A program made the position numbers and the translations under genes. 10,672 nt of DNA from a virus (taxonomy: Duplodnaviria > Heunggongvirae > Uroviricota > Caudoviricetes). The notes below the pieces were generated by a model. The model worked only from the letters and a program-made list of their open reading frames with translations. It made no database searches and had not been told where the DNA came from. Position 1 is the first letter of the stretch. The number at the start of each line of letters is the position of its first letter. The stretch covers positions 1 to 10,672 of the IMG/VR virus record IMGVR_UViG_2630968808_000002; one strand, given 5' to 3'. This document shows, piece by piece, positions 1 through 9,459 of the stretch.

Positions 1-147
1 AATGCCCGGGAATGAGCGAAGATATCCGCTGCTGTTCAGGATTTCTTTGGGTGTAGCCAGCATATTCACTGGCAGATAGTCGATATAGTCGGCGTTTCTA
101 AAGTCTTTGCCGACACCTTTCATAAGCGGAAGTTGCTGAATCGGCAT
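1..147 (-). CDS. Partial CDS (first 49 codons; continues past window start): P22 gp10-like head completion / tail accessory protein
   Basis: ATG at 147-145 on the minus strand overlaps the TAA of the preceding gene (TAATG), with GGGAG 6 nt upstream. Frame is open to position 1, translating [49 protein letters not shown]. Position directly after the gp4-like gene fits P22 gene order 5-4-10. Identity rests on synteny and recollection, not a search. Confidence 0.6.
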   Translation of the reverse strand, partial: MPIQQLPLMKGVGKDFRNADYIDYLPVNMLATPKEILNSSGYLRSFPGI

Positions 148-624
148 TATTCGCTCCCATTATCGCAAGGTTCCTTTCGGTGGAAGTAATTCCAACCATT
201 CCACTTCGCCAACTGGTTACCGCTACCAACAGGCATACGGTTTGGATAACCGGACTTACATTTAGCGGCTTTTGCTCTGTCCATTGCAGACAGTTTGACG
301 AGTCGCTCTTTCCCGTATCTGGCAGTGGTTATAAGTTTTGCTGACGCTTCCAGCGCATAATCCGGAGCAATGCGGCAGGCAAGGTTGAAAATGACGGCAT
401 TGATAGCGTTATTTGATAAACCGTGCTCATCGCCCGGATCCGGAGCGACATCTGCATCAGCAAAAATGTAGCCAACGTTGATCCCAGGTGACGCATCACC
501 GCCAAGCCATTCAGCCATCATCATTTCAAGGTCGTTGACGCCGTCTTCCATAGACTGCGGTTCGACATCAGTTAACGTGGCATTTGATGCCACACCGAGC
601 TTACGTAATGCCGCAAGGACTAAA

Positions 625-647
<23 letters not shown>
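147..647 (-). CDS. Tail accessory factor / head completion protein, P22 gp4-like (166 aa)
   Basis: The ORF track gives 147..746 (199 aa), but the first 33 codons are an (SQ)8 read-through of the hexamer repeat and the ATG at 746 has GAAGG immediately abutting it with no spacer. The internal ATG at 647-645 gives [32 protein letters not shown]..., 166 aa, the size I recall for P22 gp4, with AAGGCGG upstream. Stop TAA at 149-147. Confidence 0.8.
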
Positions 648-885
<238 letters not shown>

Positions 886-898
886 GCTTGTCTCCAGA

Positions 899-922
899 TA
901 AAAAAGGGAGCCGAAGCTCCCT
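899..922 (-). terminator. Rho-independent terminator-like hairpin with U-tract directly downstream of the coat gene
   Basis: On the minus strand: AGGGAGC-TTCG-GCTCCCT (6-7 bp GC-rich stem, 4-nt loop, forward 905-922) followed by TTTTTT (forward 905-900). It starts 8 nt after the coat TGA. Confidence 0.55.
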
Positions 923-929
923 CTGGTTA

Positions 930-2225
930 TCACGCGGTCTGGTTAGGCAGACCAACACCAATTGCCTCTGGTCGTACAGCACATGCTGAATACCACACAG
1001 CAATACGGCACTTACCAGACAGAGTGTTGATATCACCCTGCGTTGCGAAGATGCCGTTAACACCAATACCAGGAATGCTGAAGGAAGACGTTTTCATGCC
1101 AGCAAACAGCTCATGGGTTACCGGGATCGGCTGAGACAGCAGACGGATTGAGTCATCAGCCCAGAACACGTTAGCGGTGGTTGTTGCCACGTTCAGAACG
1201 TTTACCGGAGTGGTATCAGCAAGAGAGGTGTTTACGTTAGCGTAAGCCTTCTCTTCTTTTGTCAGTGACGCGTCATCCAGCGCAATAGGCTTCGGCGTGA
1301 TTTCGATGTGAGTACCATCGATCACACGGGTGATTGAGAAAGTCGCGTCATCAGTCAGCACGTTCTTCGCCATCTGAGACAGGAATTTCACACCAGTGAA
1401 GCTGATTTTGTCGCCGCGCTTAAATCCGGTGGTGGAGGATACGGTCACCGTTGCAACACGGTTATCGACGTTCTCTTTGTTACCATCGGTATCAAGGGTG
1501 TATGCCTGCGGCTTAAACTTCTGCGCACCAGAAACAGTTACACCAGTAGCGGTTGACTTGGTAACTGCCGGAAGTTTCGGTGAGCGAAGAATTTCATCAA
1601 AGCCAGCAATCTGACGCTGAATAGTACCGTTGCGATACGCTTCTTCAGGAACGCGACCGAAGATGTCACCATCTACCAGGTTACGGCCTGCTTTGCGGTA
1701 ATCGTCAGGGTTCAGGAAGTAACTGATGCCCATGTCGCGGTTGAGTTCTCGGGAGAACATCAGGCGCTCTGCATCAGACACAAAATCCCAGCCAGACAGG
1801 CCAGTAGATGGACCAATTGCGCGGGTATCGTGAACAACAAGCGAGCCCATTTCAGTTGCCTGTTTGGCAATCGCTGACTCAATGTTATTCGCCAGTTTTT
1901 TGGCGGATGCCTGGATGCGGCGACGGTAAGAACGCTCATCACGCAGGTCATCTGCACGAAGCTCGAAGAAATCGTTATCCGGATCGCCCATGTTGCATTT
2001 CACGGACAGTTCCAGAATACCGGTAGCGTTGCCAGTTAAATCCCAGCCAGTCTGAGTTGGCGCTTCCTGCTCAACAGGCATCCACACGGTGTTGCTTGAA
2101 CGTTGCATGGATTCTGCCGGAGGGGTGTATTTTGTCACTTTAGACGCCATTGGCGTCAGGTTCTGGACGGTTTCGATGATTTCATCCAGAGCATACGTGA
2201 CCAGTTGACCTTCATTTAATGCCAT
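930..2225 (-). CDS. 5: Major capsid (coat) protein, P22 gp5-like (431 aa)
   Basis: ATG at 2225-2223 overlaps the scaffold stop (TAATG). Protein runs from [20 protein letters not shown] to GVGLPNQTA; I recognise it as closely matching P22 coat protein gp5 in both size and sequence. Followed by the terminator hairpin. Confidence 0.96.
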   Translation of the reverse strand: MALNEGQLVTYALDEIIETVQNLTPMASKVTKYTPPAESMQRSSNTVWMPVEQEAPTQTGWDLTGNATGILELSVKCNMGDPDNDFFELRADDLRDERSYRRRIQASAKKLANNIESAIAKQATEMGSLVVHDTRAIGPSTGLSGWDFVSDAERLMFSRELNRDMGISYFLNPDDYRKAGRNLVDGDIFGRVPEEAYRNGTIQRQIAGFDEILRSPKLPAVTKSTATGVTVSGAQKFKPQAYTLDTDGNKENVDNRVATVTVSSTTGFKRGDKISFTGVKFLSQMAKNVLTDDATFSITRVIDGTHIEITPKPIALDDASLTKEEKAYANVNTSLADTTPVNVLNVATTTANVFWADDSIRLLSQPIPVTHELFAGMKTSSFSIPGIGVNGIFATQGDINTLSGKCRIAVWYSACAVRPEAIGVGLPNQTA

Positions 2226-3136
2226 TATCGAATTCCTTTATTCAGTTGCGCCTTGAGCTTGCGGTATGTCTCTACATCCCCTTTGTTTGCTGCCGCTTCC
2301 ATCTGCTTTTCAATCGCAGAGATATTTGCAGCAACAGCGTGTCCCTGAATGGGTTCATCAGGTAACGGGGCTTCTGAAACAGGCTTGGCTCGAGGCTTGA
2401 GAGTTAAACGTTCTGACAGTCGAGTGAGTTCAATCAGCGCGGATTGCCCGTCCATCGCCAGCAACTGGCGTGTTTTCTCAGGATTAGCACCAAGGTGATA
2501 CATGAGAGCAGCGGATTTCTCCGGGAAGAGGCGCATGATGTCGGCACCGACTGCTGGCGGCACCAGTTGCATGAATGCATCCTCTTTCTCCTGATAGTCA
2601 GGGATATTGAGCTTTTCCGCTGCGTCGTAGTGCTTACGGGCTGCCTCGACGTATTGCGCTGATTGCTGGGTGAACTCCTGAGTTTTGCGGCCCTGCTCGG
2701 CTACAGCCTGGCTTCGTGCGTCCATAGCCTTGATCTGCCATTCACTGTTTGCCTGCTGGAAGGCAGCCAGTGCGCGGCTCTGGTCATAGTCGTACTTAGC
2801 CAGTGCGTCTTCGGAAAGATAATCGTTAGGGTCTGGTTGTTTTGGTAACTCAGGGTTCACCCGCAGGTGCTCTGGCAACTCTCCACGCTTAACCGCTTCC
2901 ATCTGCTGCTCAAGCTCACGCTGGCGTTTGCGTTCGATGCGGCGACGGGCAAATTCAGCATTAGTTGCCGGGTCTTGTTTTGGTTTCTCATCGTCTTTCA
3001 GGACAATCTCGAAGCCTTCTTCCTGACCTGCGTTGTCGTTGGCATTATCGACAACTAAGCCATCAGCAGATGCCGCTGCATGATTGCCGGGCAGGGTTAA
3101 TTCTTCAGAAGCCTGAATGTCGGTGGTTTGGTCCAT
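2225..3136 (-). CDS. 8: Scaffolding protein, P22 gp8-like (303 aa)
   Basis: ATG at 3136-3134 with GAGAG upstream. Charged helical protein ([27 protein letters not shown]...; C-terminal ...[18 protein letters not shown]) matching my recollection of P22 gp8 in length and sequence. Sits between portal and coat as in P22. Confidence 0.93.
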   Translation of the reverse strand: MDQTTDIQASEELTLPGNHAAASADGLVVDNANDNAGQEEGFEIVLKDDEKPKQDPATNAEFARRRIERKRQRELEQQMEAVKRGELPEHLRVNPELPKQPDPNDYLSEDALAKYDYDQSRALAAFQQANSEWQIKAMDARSQAVAEQGRKTQEFTQQSAQYVEAARKHYDAAEKLNIPDYQEKEDAFMQLVPPAVGADIMRLFPEKSAALMYHLGANPEKTRQLLAMDGQSALIELTRLSERLTLKPRAKPVSEAPLPDEPIQGHAVAANISAIEKQMEAAANKGDVETYRKLKAQLNKGIR

Positions 3137-3149
3137 GATTAACTCTCTC

Positions 3150-5315
3150 TTATTGAGGTGTCTCGGCTACTCCGCCGGAGGGGATTTGAACTTGACGCAT
3201 AAGATTCGCGAAATCCATGCGTTGTGAATGAGTCTGGTCTGCATCTTTAAGAAGCAGCTCAGCGTTAGCACGAGCGTCTTTGCTGCGCTGTTGCTGGAAT
3301 TGACCTACGAGCTTGAGGTACTCACGCAGTTCTGCCTGCTTGTCGAGGTCCATATTGTTGAAGATTTCTGCAATCTTCGCGGCGTTGAGTTGGTTTTGGG
3401 CTTCAACCTTGGCGGCTTCAACCTGAATCTGCGCCTGTTGGTTCTCTGCCTTGAGCAATTCAGCCTGACCTTGCAGAAGGATACCCTGCGCCTGAATTTG
3501 CTCTGCTGATGGCTGCTGCGGCTGCTGTTGCGCCTGTTGCACCATCTCCATCTCTTCAGGTGTTTCTGGTTTCTTCAGCCCCATCATAACCAGTTGCTTG
3601 TTCGCGTACTCTCGCATCATCTCGACGCCTTTACCGTCAAGCAACGTGAAGTATTGCAGCATCAGCATCTGGAACTCTGGAGTACCTTGCGGAACCTTGG
3701 TGAGCAACTCCTGAATCTCTGCGCGATTCTGTTCCTTCATGCTCTGGAAGGATGGTCCAACGTCTGTATAGCACTCATAGCGACCGCGAATGTCGTTGAG
3801 TGTTACCACATTGCCGGACTGGTAATCGACAACTTGCGCATAGAGTTGAACGTCTTTCTCGCTTCCATCTTCGAGTGTCAGCGTTACATGACGAGGAACG
3901 TCATAAATATCGTTGACCATTGAGGCATAAATCTCGCCATCACGTCGCATTGCGGTAGCCAGGTTATCCTGAAACACGTATGTCTCAAGGTCTGCCCGCA
4001 TGTTCAGTTGATTGACGGTATCGAAAGCGACCTGACCATTTGCCGCCTGCGCATCCACGCCAAGACTAGCCACCTCTTTCACTGCGTTGGTGGCAGCCTC
4101 AAGCATGTAAGCGTTGGCTTGCGGCACTTCAGGGTTTTCCATGTAGGAGATTGGACCAATCGGAAGGTCGTTACCGTTTTCATCGGTCTTGTTCTGCAGA
4201 TAGTACGGATAGTCATCATTTCCACCGTACATGTATTCGTAGCCTTCGATTTGCTCAGGGAAGAAGGTCGGTTTCTTCTTCGGTGAACGAGCAACAATAT
4301 CGGCGTTGAACGACATGATCATGTTACGAAGGCGTTGACCGTCTTTCGTCAGCCTTACCACGCCCTCGTAGCACTCCTTGTCACCAGCGAATGACCATTC
4401 GCCGTACACAGGAACGATTGGGATATGCTCTCCAGCTATCTTCTCGCGGTCTTTCAGTATCTGCGTGCAGGTGATGATCGACTTATACACGCGCCGACGC
4501 TTCACCTTGCGCTCTGCTACCTTAATGAATCCACGATTAGCCAGGTCGTCGATGACGTCTTTGATATCCTGCTGGTAATAGCTGACCGGCTCACCTGTCA
4601 GCGGGTCGCGGTAGATGAAGACTTTCTCCTTCTTCTCTTCTACCTCGTAATACTCAGCGACGTAGACGACATCATTCGATACCCACGGAAACAGCCATGT
4701 ATCGTTCGGATTCTGGAAAGATGGCAAGGTATCCGGATCAATACCGTAATCCTCTGCGAACTCTTTCCAGCCATTGCGCGACAAGGCGTTAATCACCGTG
4801 CAGTGCTTAGCGTCGCTCTTATCCATCTGCTTGCTGTTGGCGTCCCATATGACGTGTGAGCAGGCTTCATGAATTGGCAGGCGTCGAATTACCTGATTGT
4901 TGCTTGTTGGATCGTTGTCTTCGTACTGCGTGACCAGACGCCATGCACCAACGCCGGACTCTATCTGCTCACGAACGCCAACGTTAACGGCAATTTTTGC
5001 CGTGTTATGGCGCATATCAGTACGATACATCCCCATCAGCACATCGGCAGCATCAGGATTAGCGCCGTCTTTGGGTCGGAAGAGAACGTCGATAGGGTTC
5101 CGGCGCATCTCTGCGACCAGCTTCCTGACCACCGGGCGAACAACATCGAATTGTCCGCGATATTGCAGGGTAGTGTAGTTTGATAGCCAGTCATCCCATT
5201 GCGACACTCGGCTAAAATACAGGTCATTTGTCGCCTCGGTTCTGGCTTCATCGCTCGCCATCCAGTCCGCGTCAAACTTACACAGAATGGAATTGAGTCT
5301 GTTTTCGTCGGCCAT
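3150..5315 (-). CDS. 1: Portal protein, P22 gp1-like (721 aa)
   Basis: ATG at 5315-5313 directly abuts the TAA of the large terminase. Protein starts [18 protein letters not shown] and has a long C-terminal Gln-rich helical region ([10 protein letters not shown]...[52 protein letters not shown]), consistent with the P22 portal barrel. Size is close to the P22 portal. Confidence 0.96.
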   Translation of the reverse strand: MADENRLNSILCKFDADWMASDEARTEATNDLYFSRVSQWDDWLSNYTTLQYRGQFDVVRPVVRKLVAEMRRNPIDVLFRPKDGANPDAADVLMGMYRTDMRHNTAKIAVNVGVREQIESGVGAWRLVTQYEDNDPTSNNQVIRRLPIHEACSHVIWDANSKQMDKSDAKHCTVINALSRNGWKEFAEDYGIDPDTLPSFQNPNDTWLFPWVSNDVVYVAEYYEVEEKKEKVFIYRDPLTGEPVSYYQQDIKDVIDDLANRGFIKVAERKVKRRRVYKSIITCTQILKDREKIAGEHIPIVPVYGEWSFAGDKECYEGVVRLTKDGQRLRNMIMSFNADIVARSPKKKPTFFPEQIEGYEYMYGGNDDYPYYLQNKTDENGNDLPIGPISYMENPEVPQANAYMLEAATNAVKEVASLGVDAQAANGQVAFDTVNQLNMRADLETYVFQDNLATAMRRDGEIYASMVNDIYDVPRHVTLTLEDGSEKDVQLYAQVVDYQSGNVVTLNDIRGRYECYTDVGPSFQSMKEQNRAEIQELLTKVPQGTPEFQMLMLQYFTLLDGKGVEMMREYANKQLVMMGLKKPETPEEMEMVQQAQQQPQQPSAEQIQAQGILLQGQAELLKAENQQAQIQVEAAKVEAQNQLNAAKIAEIFNNMDLDKQAELREYLKLVGQFQQQRSKDARANAELLLKDADQTHSQRMDFANLMRQVQIPSGGVAETPQ

Positions 5316-6815
5316 TTAAGTTCTCCGTGCGATGGGCCTGATTGGGGCTGGTATCTTTTTCTCTTTTGGTTTTTTGATGTCGCGCATCATTTTGGCGAAG
5401 CGGCGCATCATGTATGCATAGCGAACGGCGGATAGCACGTCGTCGTTAAGCTTGACGATCTTCCCGTTTTCATCACGGTGATAGAGGCGGAACTCCTCAA
5501 AGAATGGCTCACAGGTGTTAAATACTTTGAAGCGACCATCAAGCATCATGTCGCGCAATTCAGTGATTCCAGGCTCCACAGCGTTACCGCCATCAGGCCA
5601 TGTCGCATGCTCCTGCAACATCATAAAACCAGCGTCCGCGTACTGCCCTTTGAGCTGCTCACCGCCGCCCTTCTCATGCTGGTTTCCGTCATGAGGCCAT
5701 GCGGTTGGCACTTTATGCGCCCATGATTTAACAGCTCCCCATGCCTGAACAGCTGTTTTTTCTTTCGCCTTCCACACGCGTGAAACGTAGATTGTGTCTG
5801 CGTCCTTATCCCACCAAAGCTGAACCTGCGCCTGTGGGTGATCCCATCCGAAATCCATCCCACCAATTACGTAGAAGTGATCAGGACACTCGAACGGCTG
5901 ACACTTAATAGTCTCTTCCGGTATCTGGAAGATTCGACCGCTACCCATCGTAGGAATACCGCGAGCACGCGCCTCTCTCTCATGCTCGGGATAGGATGCG
6001 ATGATTTGCTCTTTCTGCTCGTCGGTGTAGTGCTCAGCGTCATAGATGGTCATGTTGACCACTTTCTGCGACTTGCTGGGATTCTTCAGGAACTTGGTAA
6101 CAACGTCAGACATCCCCATCAGCGGGGTAAACGTCAGAATTGAGAATTGCCCGTATTTGTTGGTACGGGTAAGGCCTTCGCCATAAATGCTGTATGGTGG
6201 CTCTTCGTCAAACCACACGCCGTGGATTGTGTCACCCTGCCAGCGAGCGCGACCTTGCGAGTATGGTTTGAAGTAGCAGATTGAAATGCCATCTTCAACG
6301 CCATCAGCCGTGTGATGCTTAACCAGAAGATGATCAACAAGGTTCGGAAAGAAAGGAGACTTCTTCCAGCTAATGATGTCTTCTTTAGGTATGGAACCGT
6401 AGCCTGGCTCATCATTCTCTTCGATACGACCACACAGGATGCGTTGAGTCGTTTTGGTTACAGTCTCGTTTGTCTCGCCGCCAATCCAGAAGACAACAGG
6501 CTCATAGAAACGCTTACCTTTCCACTCCCCACCATATTTACCATCAGCCGGATAGCCTTTTGTTCCCGGATAACGCCCGGTAAGGTGAAACGCGACTTCA
6601 GCAGCCCCAGTAAATGACTTACCAAGCTGGTTACCAGCCATAAAACAGCGCTCTGGATAGTCATGCCCGGCATCGATGAACTCACGCTGTTTGCTGTATG
6701 GCGTAAATTCATATAGCAGGTGTGTGTTCCGGTAGTTCTCTTCTTCTTCGAGTAGCTCGAGCAACTCGATTTGCTCTTCGTCGCTCAGGTTATCAAGAAT
6801 CGCGTCCAGTTCCAC
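5316..6815 (-). CDS. 2: Terminase large subunit, P22 gp2-like (499 aa), GTG start
   Basis: Start codon at 6815-6813 is GTG (reverse complement of cac) and overlaps the small terminase by 23 nt. Translation [30 protein letters not shown]... with a Walker A-like ATPase motif AGNQLGKS near the N-terminus. 499 aa, the size I recall for P22 gp2. Confidence 0.94.
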   Translation of the reverse strand: MELDAILDNLSDEEQIELLELLEEEENYRNTHLLYEFTPYSKQREFIDAGHDYPERCFMAGNQLGKSFTGAAEVAFHLTGRYPGTKGYPADGKYGGEWKGKRFYEPVVFWIGGETNETVTKTTQRILCGRIEENDEPGYGSIPKEDIISWKKSPFFPNLVDHLLVKHHTADGVEDGISICYFKPYSQGRARWQGDTIHGVWFDEEPPYSIYGEGLTRTNKYGQFSILTFTPLMGMSDVVTKFLKNPSKSQKVVNMTIYDAEHYTDEQKEQIIASYPEHEREARARGIPTMGSGRIFQIPEETIKCQPFECPDHFYVIGGMDFGWDHPQAQVQLWWDKDADTIYVSRVWKAKEKTAVQAWGAVKSWAHKVPTAWPHDGNQHEKGGGEQLKGQYADAGFMMLQEHATWPDGGNAVEPGITELRDMMLDGRFKVFNTCEPFFEEFRLYHRDENGKIVKLNDDVLSAVRYAYMMRRFAKMMRDIKKPKEKKIPAPIRPIARRT

Positions 6816-7281
6816 GGTTGAATAGCTCCTTGATACGAGAGCGCCGCTTATCGCGATCTCCCTTATCAGGTGTCACGTCTTCAACTTGCGACTGCTCTTT
6901 GAGGCCCAAATCACGGGCGATGATGTTAGCGTTGAGAAGGTCAGCGGCTGCGCCAGAGAATTTCTGGTCGTAGATGATGTCTTCCGCTCGTGATGTGACG
7001 TCAGAAAAACCTTCCATTGACCGGAAGGTTCCCCATGTTTGCCTGGTGATATCAAGGAAGGTACACAATCCTGAAATAGTCATGGCTCGCATCTTAGGGA
7101 CATTAGCCTTAATTATTTCTCCCTGATATGAAAATACCTTACCCTCCCATAGCGGGTTATCATCAGCCCACTCGAAGTATTCACAACAAGCAGCCCACAG
7201 CGCCTCAGGCGATTCGAATTTAGGATTTCGCCCATGACTACTGCGGGCCTCCCAAAATCGGTTGCCCTTTGGTGCTGCCAT
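6793..7281 (-). CDS. 3: Terminase small subunit, P22 gp3-like (162 aa)
   Basis: ATG at 7281-7279, 5 nt after the stop of the HslV-like gene. N-terminus [38 protein letters not shown] and C-terminus [39 protein letters not shown] match my recollection of P22 gp3, also 162 aa. Confidence 0.9.
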   Translation of the reverse strand: MAAPKGNRFWEARSSHGRNPKFESPEALWAACCEYFEWADDNPLWEGKVFSYQGEIIKANVPKMRAMTISGLCTFLDITRQTWGTFRSMEGFSDVTSRAEDIIYDQKFSGAAADLLNANIIARDLGLKEQSQVEDVTPDKGDRDKRRSRIKELFNRGTGRDS

Positions 7282-7286
7282 ATTGA

Positions 7287-7775
7287 TTATTTCCCTTCTG
7301 CTTGCTTCCCAGTGGTGAACGAATCAACGCCGCCGCCGGAATAGCAGTCAAGATCAATTGCGACTTGTACCGCTTCTCTCGCATTTTTGCCACAGTGCAT
7401 GGCAGTGCGAGCAATCAGCCCACCACTACCAATGGCGTAAGGTTCAACCTGTAGCGAAATACTCGCCCGCGTTTCGCCTTTCTCTTTTGAGATGATGTAA
7501 GCACGACCAGCACCGATGATAGCAAGCGCTGTGAAAGAGAATGTCGGGAGAAATTCTGATGCATACGTCAGGTTGTTCTTAAGCAGTTCCTGCAATTCCA
7601 TCTCCGCGCCGCAATCACCAGAACAACCTAATGCAACCACTTTACTGCCGCAAACCTCCCACCCAGATTCTGGCGGTGTGTAAATCTTTTGTTCTGTATA
7701 CGAACACACAACATCACCAGATGATGCCTGGGTGTCAGATGCCAGGGTCTTTCCATCCCATGCAATAGTGGTCAT
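7287..7775 (-). CDS. HslV / proteasome beta-subunit-like N-terminal-nucleophile peptidase homolog (162 aa)
   Basis: ATG at 7775-7773 with GGAG 8 nt upstream, 1 nt after the stop of the 80-aa gene. N-terminus [20 protein letters not shown] resembles HslV [24 protein letters not shown], with Thr directly after the initiator Met and a D-x-Q-A-S/T motif. EQKIY aligns with the HslV Lys33 region, [17 protein letters not shown] with KVIAGFAGGTADAFTLFEL, and there is an exact AIGSGG motif. Assignment is from manual comparison with E. coli HslV as I recall it. Confidence 0.8.
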   Translation of the reverse strand: MTTIAWDGKTLASDTQASSGDVVCSYTEQKIYTPPESGWEVCGSKVVALGCSGDCGAEMELQELLKNNLTYASEFLPTFSFTALAIIGAGRAYIISKEKGETRASISLQVEPYAIGSGGLIARTAMHCGKNAREAVQVAIDLDCYSGGGVDSFTTGKQAEGK

Positions 7776-7776
7776 A

Positions 7777-8019
7777 TCATGCTCCGGTAGTGAACAGGTC
7801 TAACGCTTCCTTCGATTTACGCACCGCTTCGATAGTTCGGGTCGTGATATCTGAATTAGCGCCACCTGACTGGAAGTGAATTTTGAATAGCTCAAGCTTC
7901 AGTTCGTCAGTGCCAATGAACTGAAATGCTTCTTCTGCGGCTGCGTTCTGGTTCATGACCAGTTTGTAAATCTCTAACTGGAATTTCTGTTCTTCAGTCA
8001 TGGGAATAATCTCTGCCAT
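7777..8019 (-). CDS. Hypothetical protein (80 aa), predicted helical and acidic; translationally coupled to the HslV-like gene
   Basis: ATG at 8019-8017 with GGAG 8 nt upstream. Translation MAEIIPMTEEQKFQLEIYKLVMNQNAAAEEAFQFIGTDELKLELFKIHFQSGGANSDITTRTIEAVRKSKEALDLFTTGA. Its TGA at 7779-7777 is 1 nt from the next ATG. No family recognised. Confidence 0.7.
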   Translation of the reverse strand: MAEIIPMTEEQKFQLEIYKLVMNQNAAAEEAFQFIGTDELKLELFKIHFQSGGANSDITTRTIEAVRKSKEALDLFTTGA

Positions 8020-8321
8020 TGTTGGCTCCGTTTATCCGTTAAAAGGGATATCAGTTAAGTTATCCCGTGTAGGGTATAAGCCATTGTCGAGACCACTCAT
8101 TGAATGGCCTCTGCAATAACCGATGTCTTTCCATCAGTCCGCCACCACAAAGAATCTTTTTTGCCATAAGGCTGGAGGTTCATCTTTCAGTGGCTGCCAG
8201 TGTTATTTCCCCACTTACTGGCTTGGGTTGTTTCGCTGTACTGCCGCAACTGGTTGCCCAGAATAAATTCCGGTTTCATTATCAAGCCCACCCGTAGATG
8301 GGCTTTGTAATGACTACATGG

Positions 8322-8801
8322 TTAAATGATTTGCCAGTCTTCAGCCATCAGGTCGCCAATGGATGGAACCCATGTAGCAAGGCGGTTCTGTGAGTTTTTC
8401 AATACAAGCGTGTCATTGAAAGTTGGCTCGCCAACATATTCGCCAAAGCCATAACCCAACGCAGACGCTAATTTTTCCCCTTTCACGAGATAAACAAACT
8501 GGTCTTTCCCATTCCATCCTGCCCGCTGCAAACTTTTGCCCTGTTTTAACGCTTCCATGGCAAGGCCGAAACTTAGTCCTGATACCGGACGATAAGCCTT
8601 TTCGAATACTTCTTTTGGACTCCAGCTAACGTAGCCATCAAAGCGATCGGTGTTAGGTTTCCCGCCATCCAGATATTCAACCAGATAGCCTTCGTCCTCG
8701 CCGTTTTCTCCGGCAGGAAGCTGCCAGCCACGAAAATCGTTATATGCCTGTCTCGTCATCGGAAAGGCGTTAATCAGTTTTACGCCAATATGCTGGGTCA
8801 T
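8322..8801 (-). CDS. Two-repeat DUF2829 / Tad2-like protein (159 aa); candidate anti-defence or accessory protein
   Basis: ATG at 8801-8799. The C-terminal half (FGLAMEALKQGKSLQRAGWNGKDQFVYLV...TWVPSIGDLMAEDWQII) carries the hallmarks I associate with DUF2829: K-x-G-K...R-x-G-W-N-G-K, then W-x-P-S...D-L-x-A-E-D-W at the C-terminus. The N-terminal half (...FRGWQLPAGENGEDEGYLVEY...SWSPKEVFEKAY) looks like a degenerate copy of the same unit. Bracketed by a terminator-like hairpin upstream and a hairpin downstream. Confidence 0.7.
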   Translation of the reverse strand: MTQHIGVKLINAFPMTRQAYNDFRGWQLPAGENGEDEGYLVEYLDGGKPNTDRFDGYVSWSPKEVFEKAYRPVSGLSFGLAMEALKQGKSLQRAGWNGKDQFVYLVKGEKLASALGYGFGEYVGEPTFNDTLVLKNSQNRLATWVPSIGDLMAEDWQII

Positions 8802-8821
8802 AAAATTACCTATGGAGTTGG

Positions 8822-8847
8822 GAATAAAAACCCCGCGAATGCGAGGC
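8822..8847 (-). terminator. Terminator-like hairpin with U-tract between Rz and the DUF2829-like gene
   Basis: On the minus strand: CCTCGC-ATTC-GCGGGG (forward 8831-8846, one internal mismatch) followed by TTTTTATT (forward 8830-8823). Lies about 175 nt downstream of the Rz stop and about 20 nt upstream of the next gene's ribosome-binding site. Confidence 0.45.
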
Positions 8848-9021
8848 TAAATCCTGGTGTTTGTGATGACTGGCTCTTATCTCAACGCAGCCCCTTACCG
8901 CGCGCCAGATGCTCAATATCAAGCATCAGCAATGAGATGTTTAATCTGGATTCACTCCAGAAGTGATCACCACCCTGTCTACAGAGCCAGATGTGAAGGA
9001 TGATGAGTAAAATTATCGCTA

Positions 9022-9459
9022 TCATCGAAGGCATTGCGTCCTGATGTATTCCTGCAGGTAGTTAACCTGCGCGGTTATCCTGTCGATTCCACTTCGGAGA
9101 CGGTAATAATTGAGTTCAGCATCTGCTGTAAGTCTTGGGCTTTCTCCATCGCCCATGCTGCTGGCTCCGGTCGTTGGCTTTGCACAGGTGGCGGCGACTT
9201 GCAGGCGCTTACGACCAGCAGAAACATCAGCACGGAGGCTTTCGATAGTCTCGTTAGCATCAGCAAGCTCCTTTGTGTATCTGGCGTCGAGTTCTGCTAC
9301 ATCACGTTGACGCTTCTGCATGTCAGCAATTGTGGATGCGGCCTTATCGCGCTGCTCTTTGTAGGCGATGGCGTTATCACGGTAGTGATTAACAGCCCAT
9401 GACAGGCAAACGATGATGCAGATAACCAGAGCGGAGATAATCGCGGTTACTCTGCTCAT
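9022..9459 (-). CDS. Rz: Spanin inner-membrane subunit Rz (i-spanin), lambda-type (145 aa)
   Basis: ATG at 9459-9457 overlaps the R stop (ATGA). Translation [31 protein letters not shown]... has an N-terminal transmembrane segment followed by a coiled-coil region, and is recognisably lambda Rz-like. Confidence 0.94.
   Translation of the reverse strand: MSRVTAIISALVICIIVCLSWAVNHYRDNAIAYKEQRDKAASTIADMQKRQRDVAELDARYTKELADANETIESLRADVSAGRKRLQVAATCAKPTTGASSMGDGESPRLTADAELNYYRLRSGIDRITAQVNYLQEYIRTQCLR
9075..9260 (-). CDS. Rz1: Spanin outer-membrane lipoprotein Rz1 (o-spanin), embedded in the +1 frame of Rz (61 aa from the ATG)
   Basis: ATG at 9260-9258 with AAGGAG 9 nt upstream; the track begins 2 codons earlier at a TTG. 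Translation [36 protein letters not shown]... has a signal peptide, a lipobox VSAC, and a proline-rich mature part. It lies entirely inside Rz, the classic lambda Rz/Rz1 arrangement. Confidence 0.8.
   Translation of the reverse strand: MLTRLSKASVLMFLLVVSACKSPPPVQSQRPEPAAWAMEKAQDLQQMLNSIITVSEVESTG

Noticed and set aside
1760-6712. Nested minus-strand ORFs in alternative frames (821..1066, 1760..1957, 4079..4297, 5036..5275, 5621..5866, 6134..6433, 6458..6712, 6873..7055, 9075..9266 from the TTG start)
   Set aside because: Out-of-frame ORFs inside the coat, portal and terminase genes with no ribosome-binding sites. The one exception is the Rz1 frame, which is retained from its ATG at 9260.
8100-8297. 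Plus-strand 65-aa ORF (TTG start) in the non-coding gap; considered as a possible opposite-strand lipoprotein like lambda bor
   Set aside because: Non-ATG start, no ribosome-binding site, no signal peptide or lipobox, and no resemblance to Bor.
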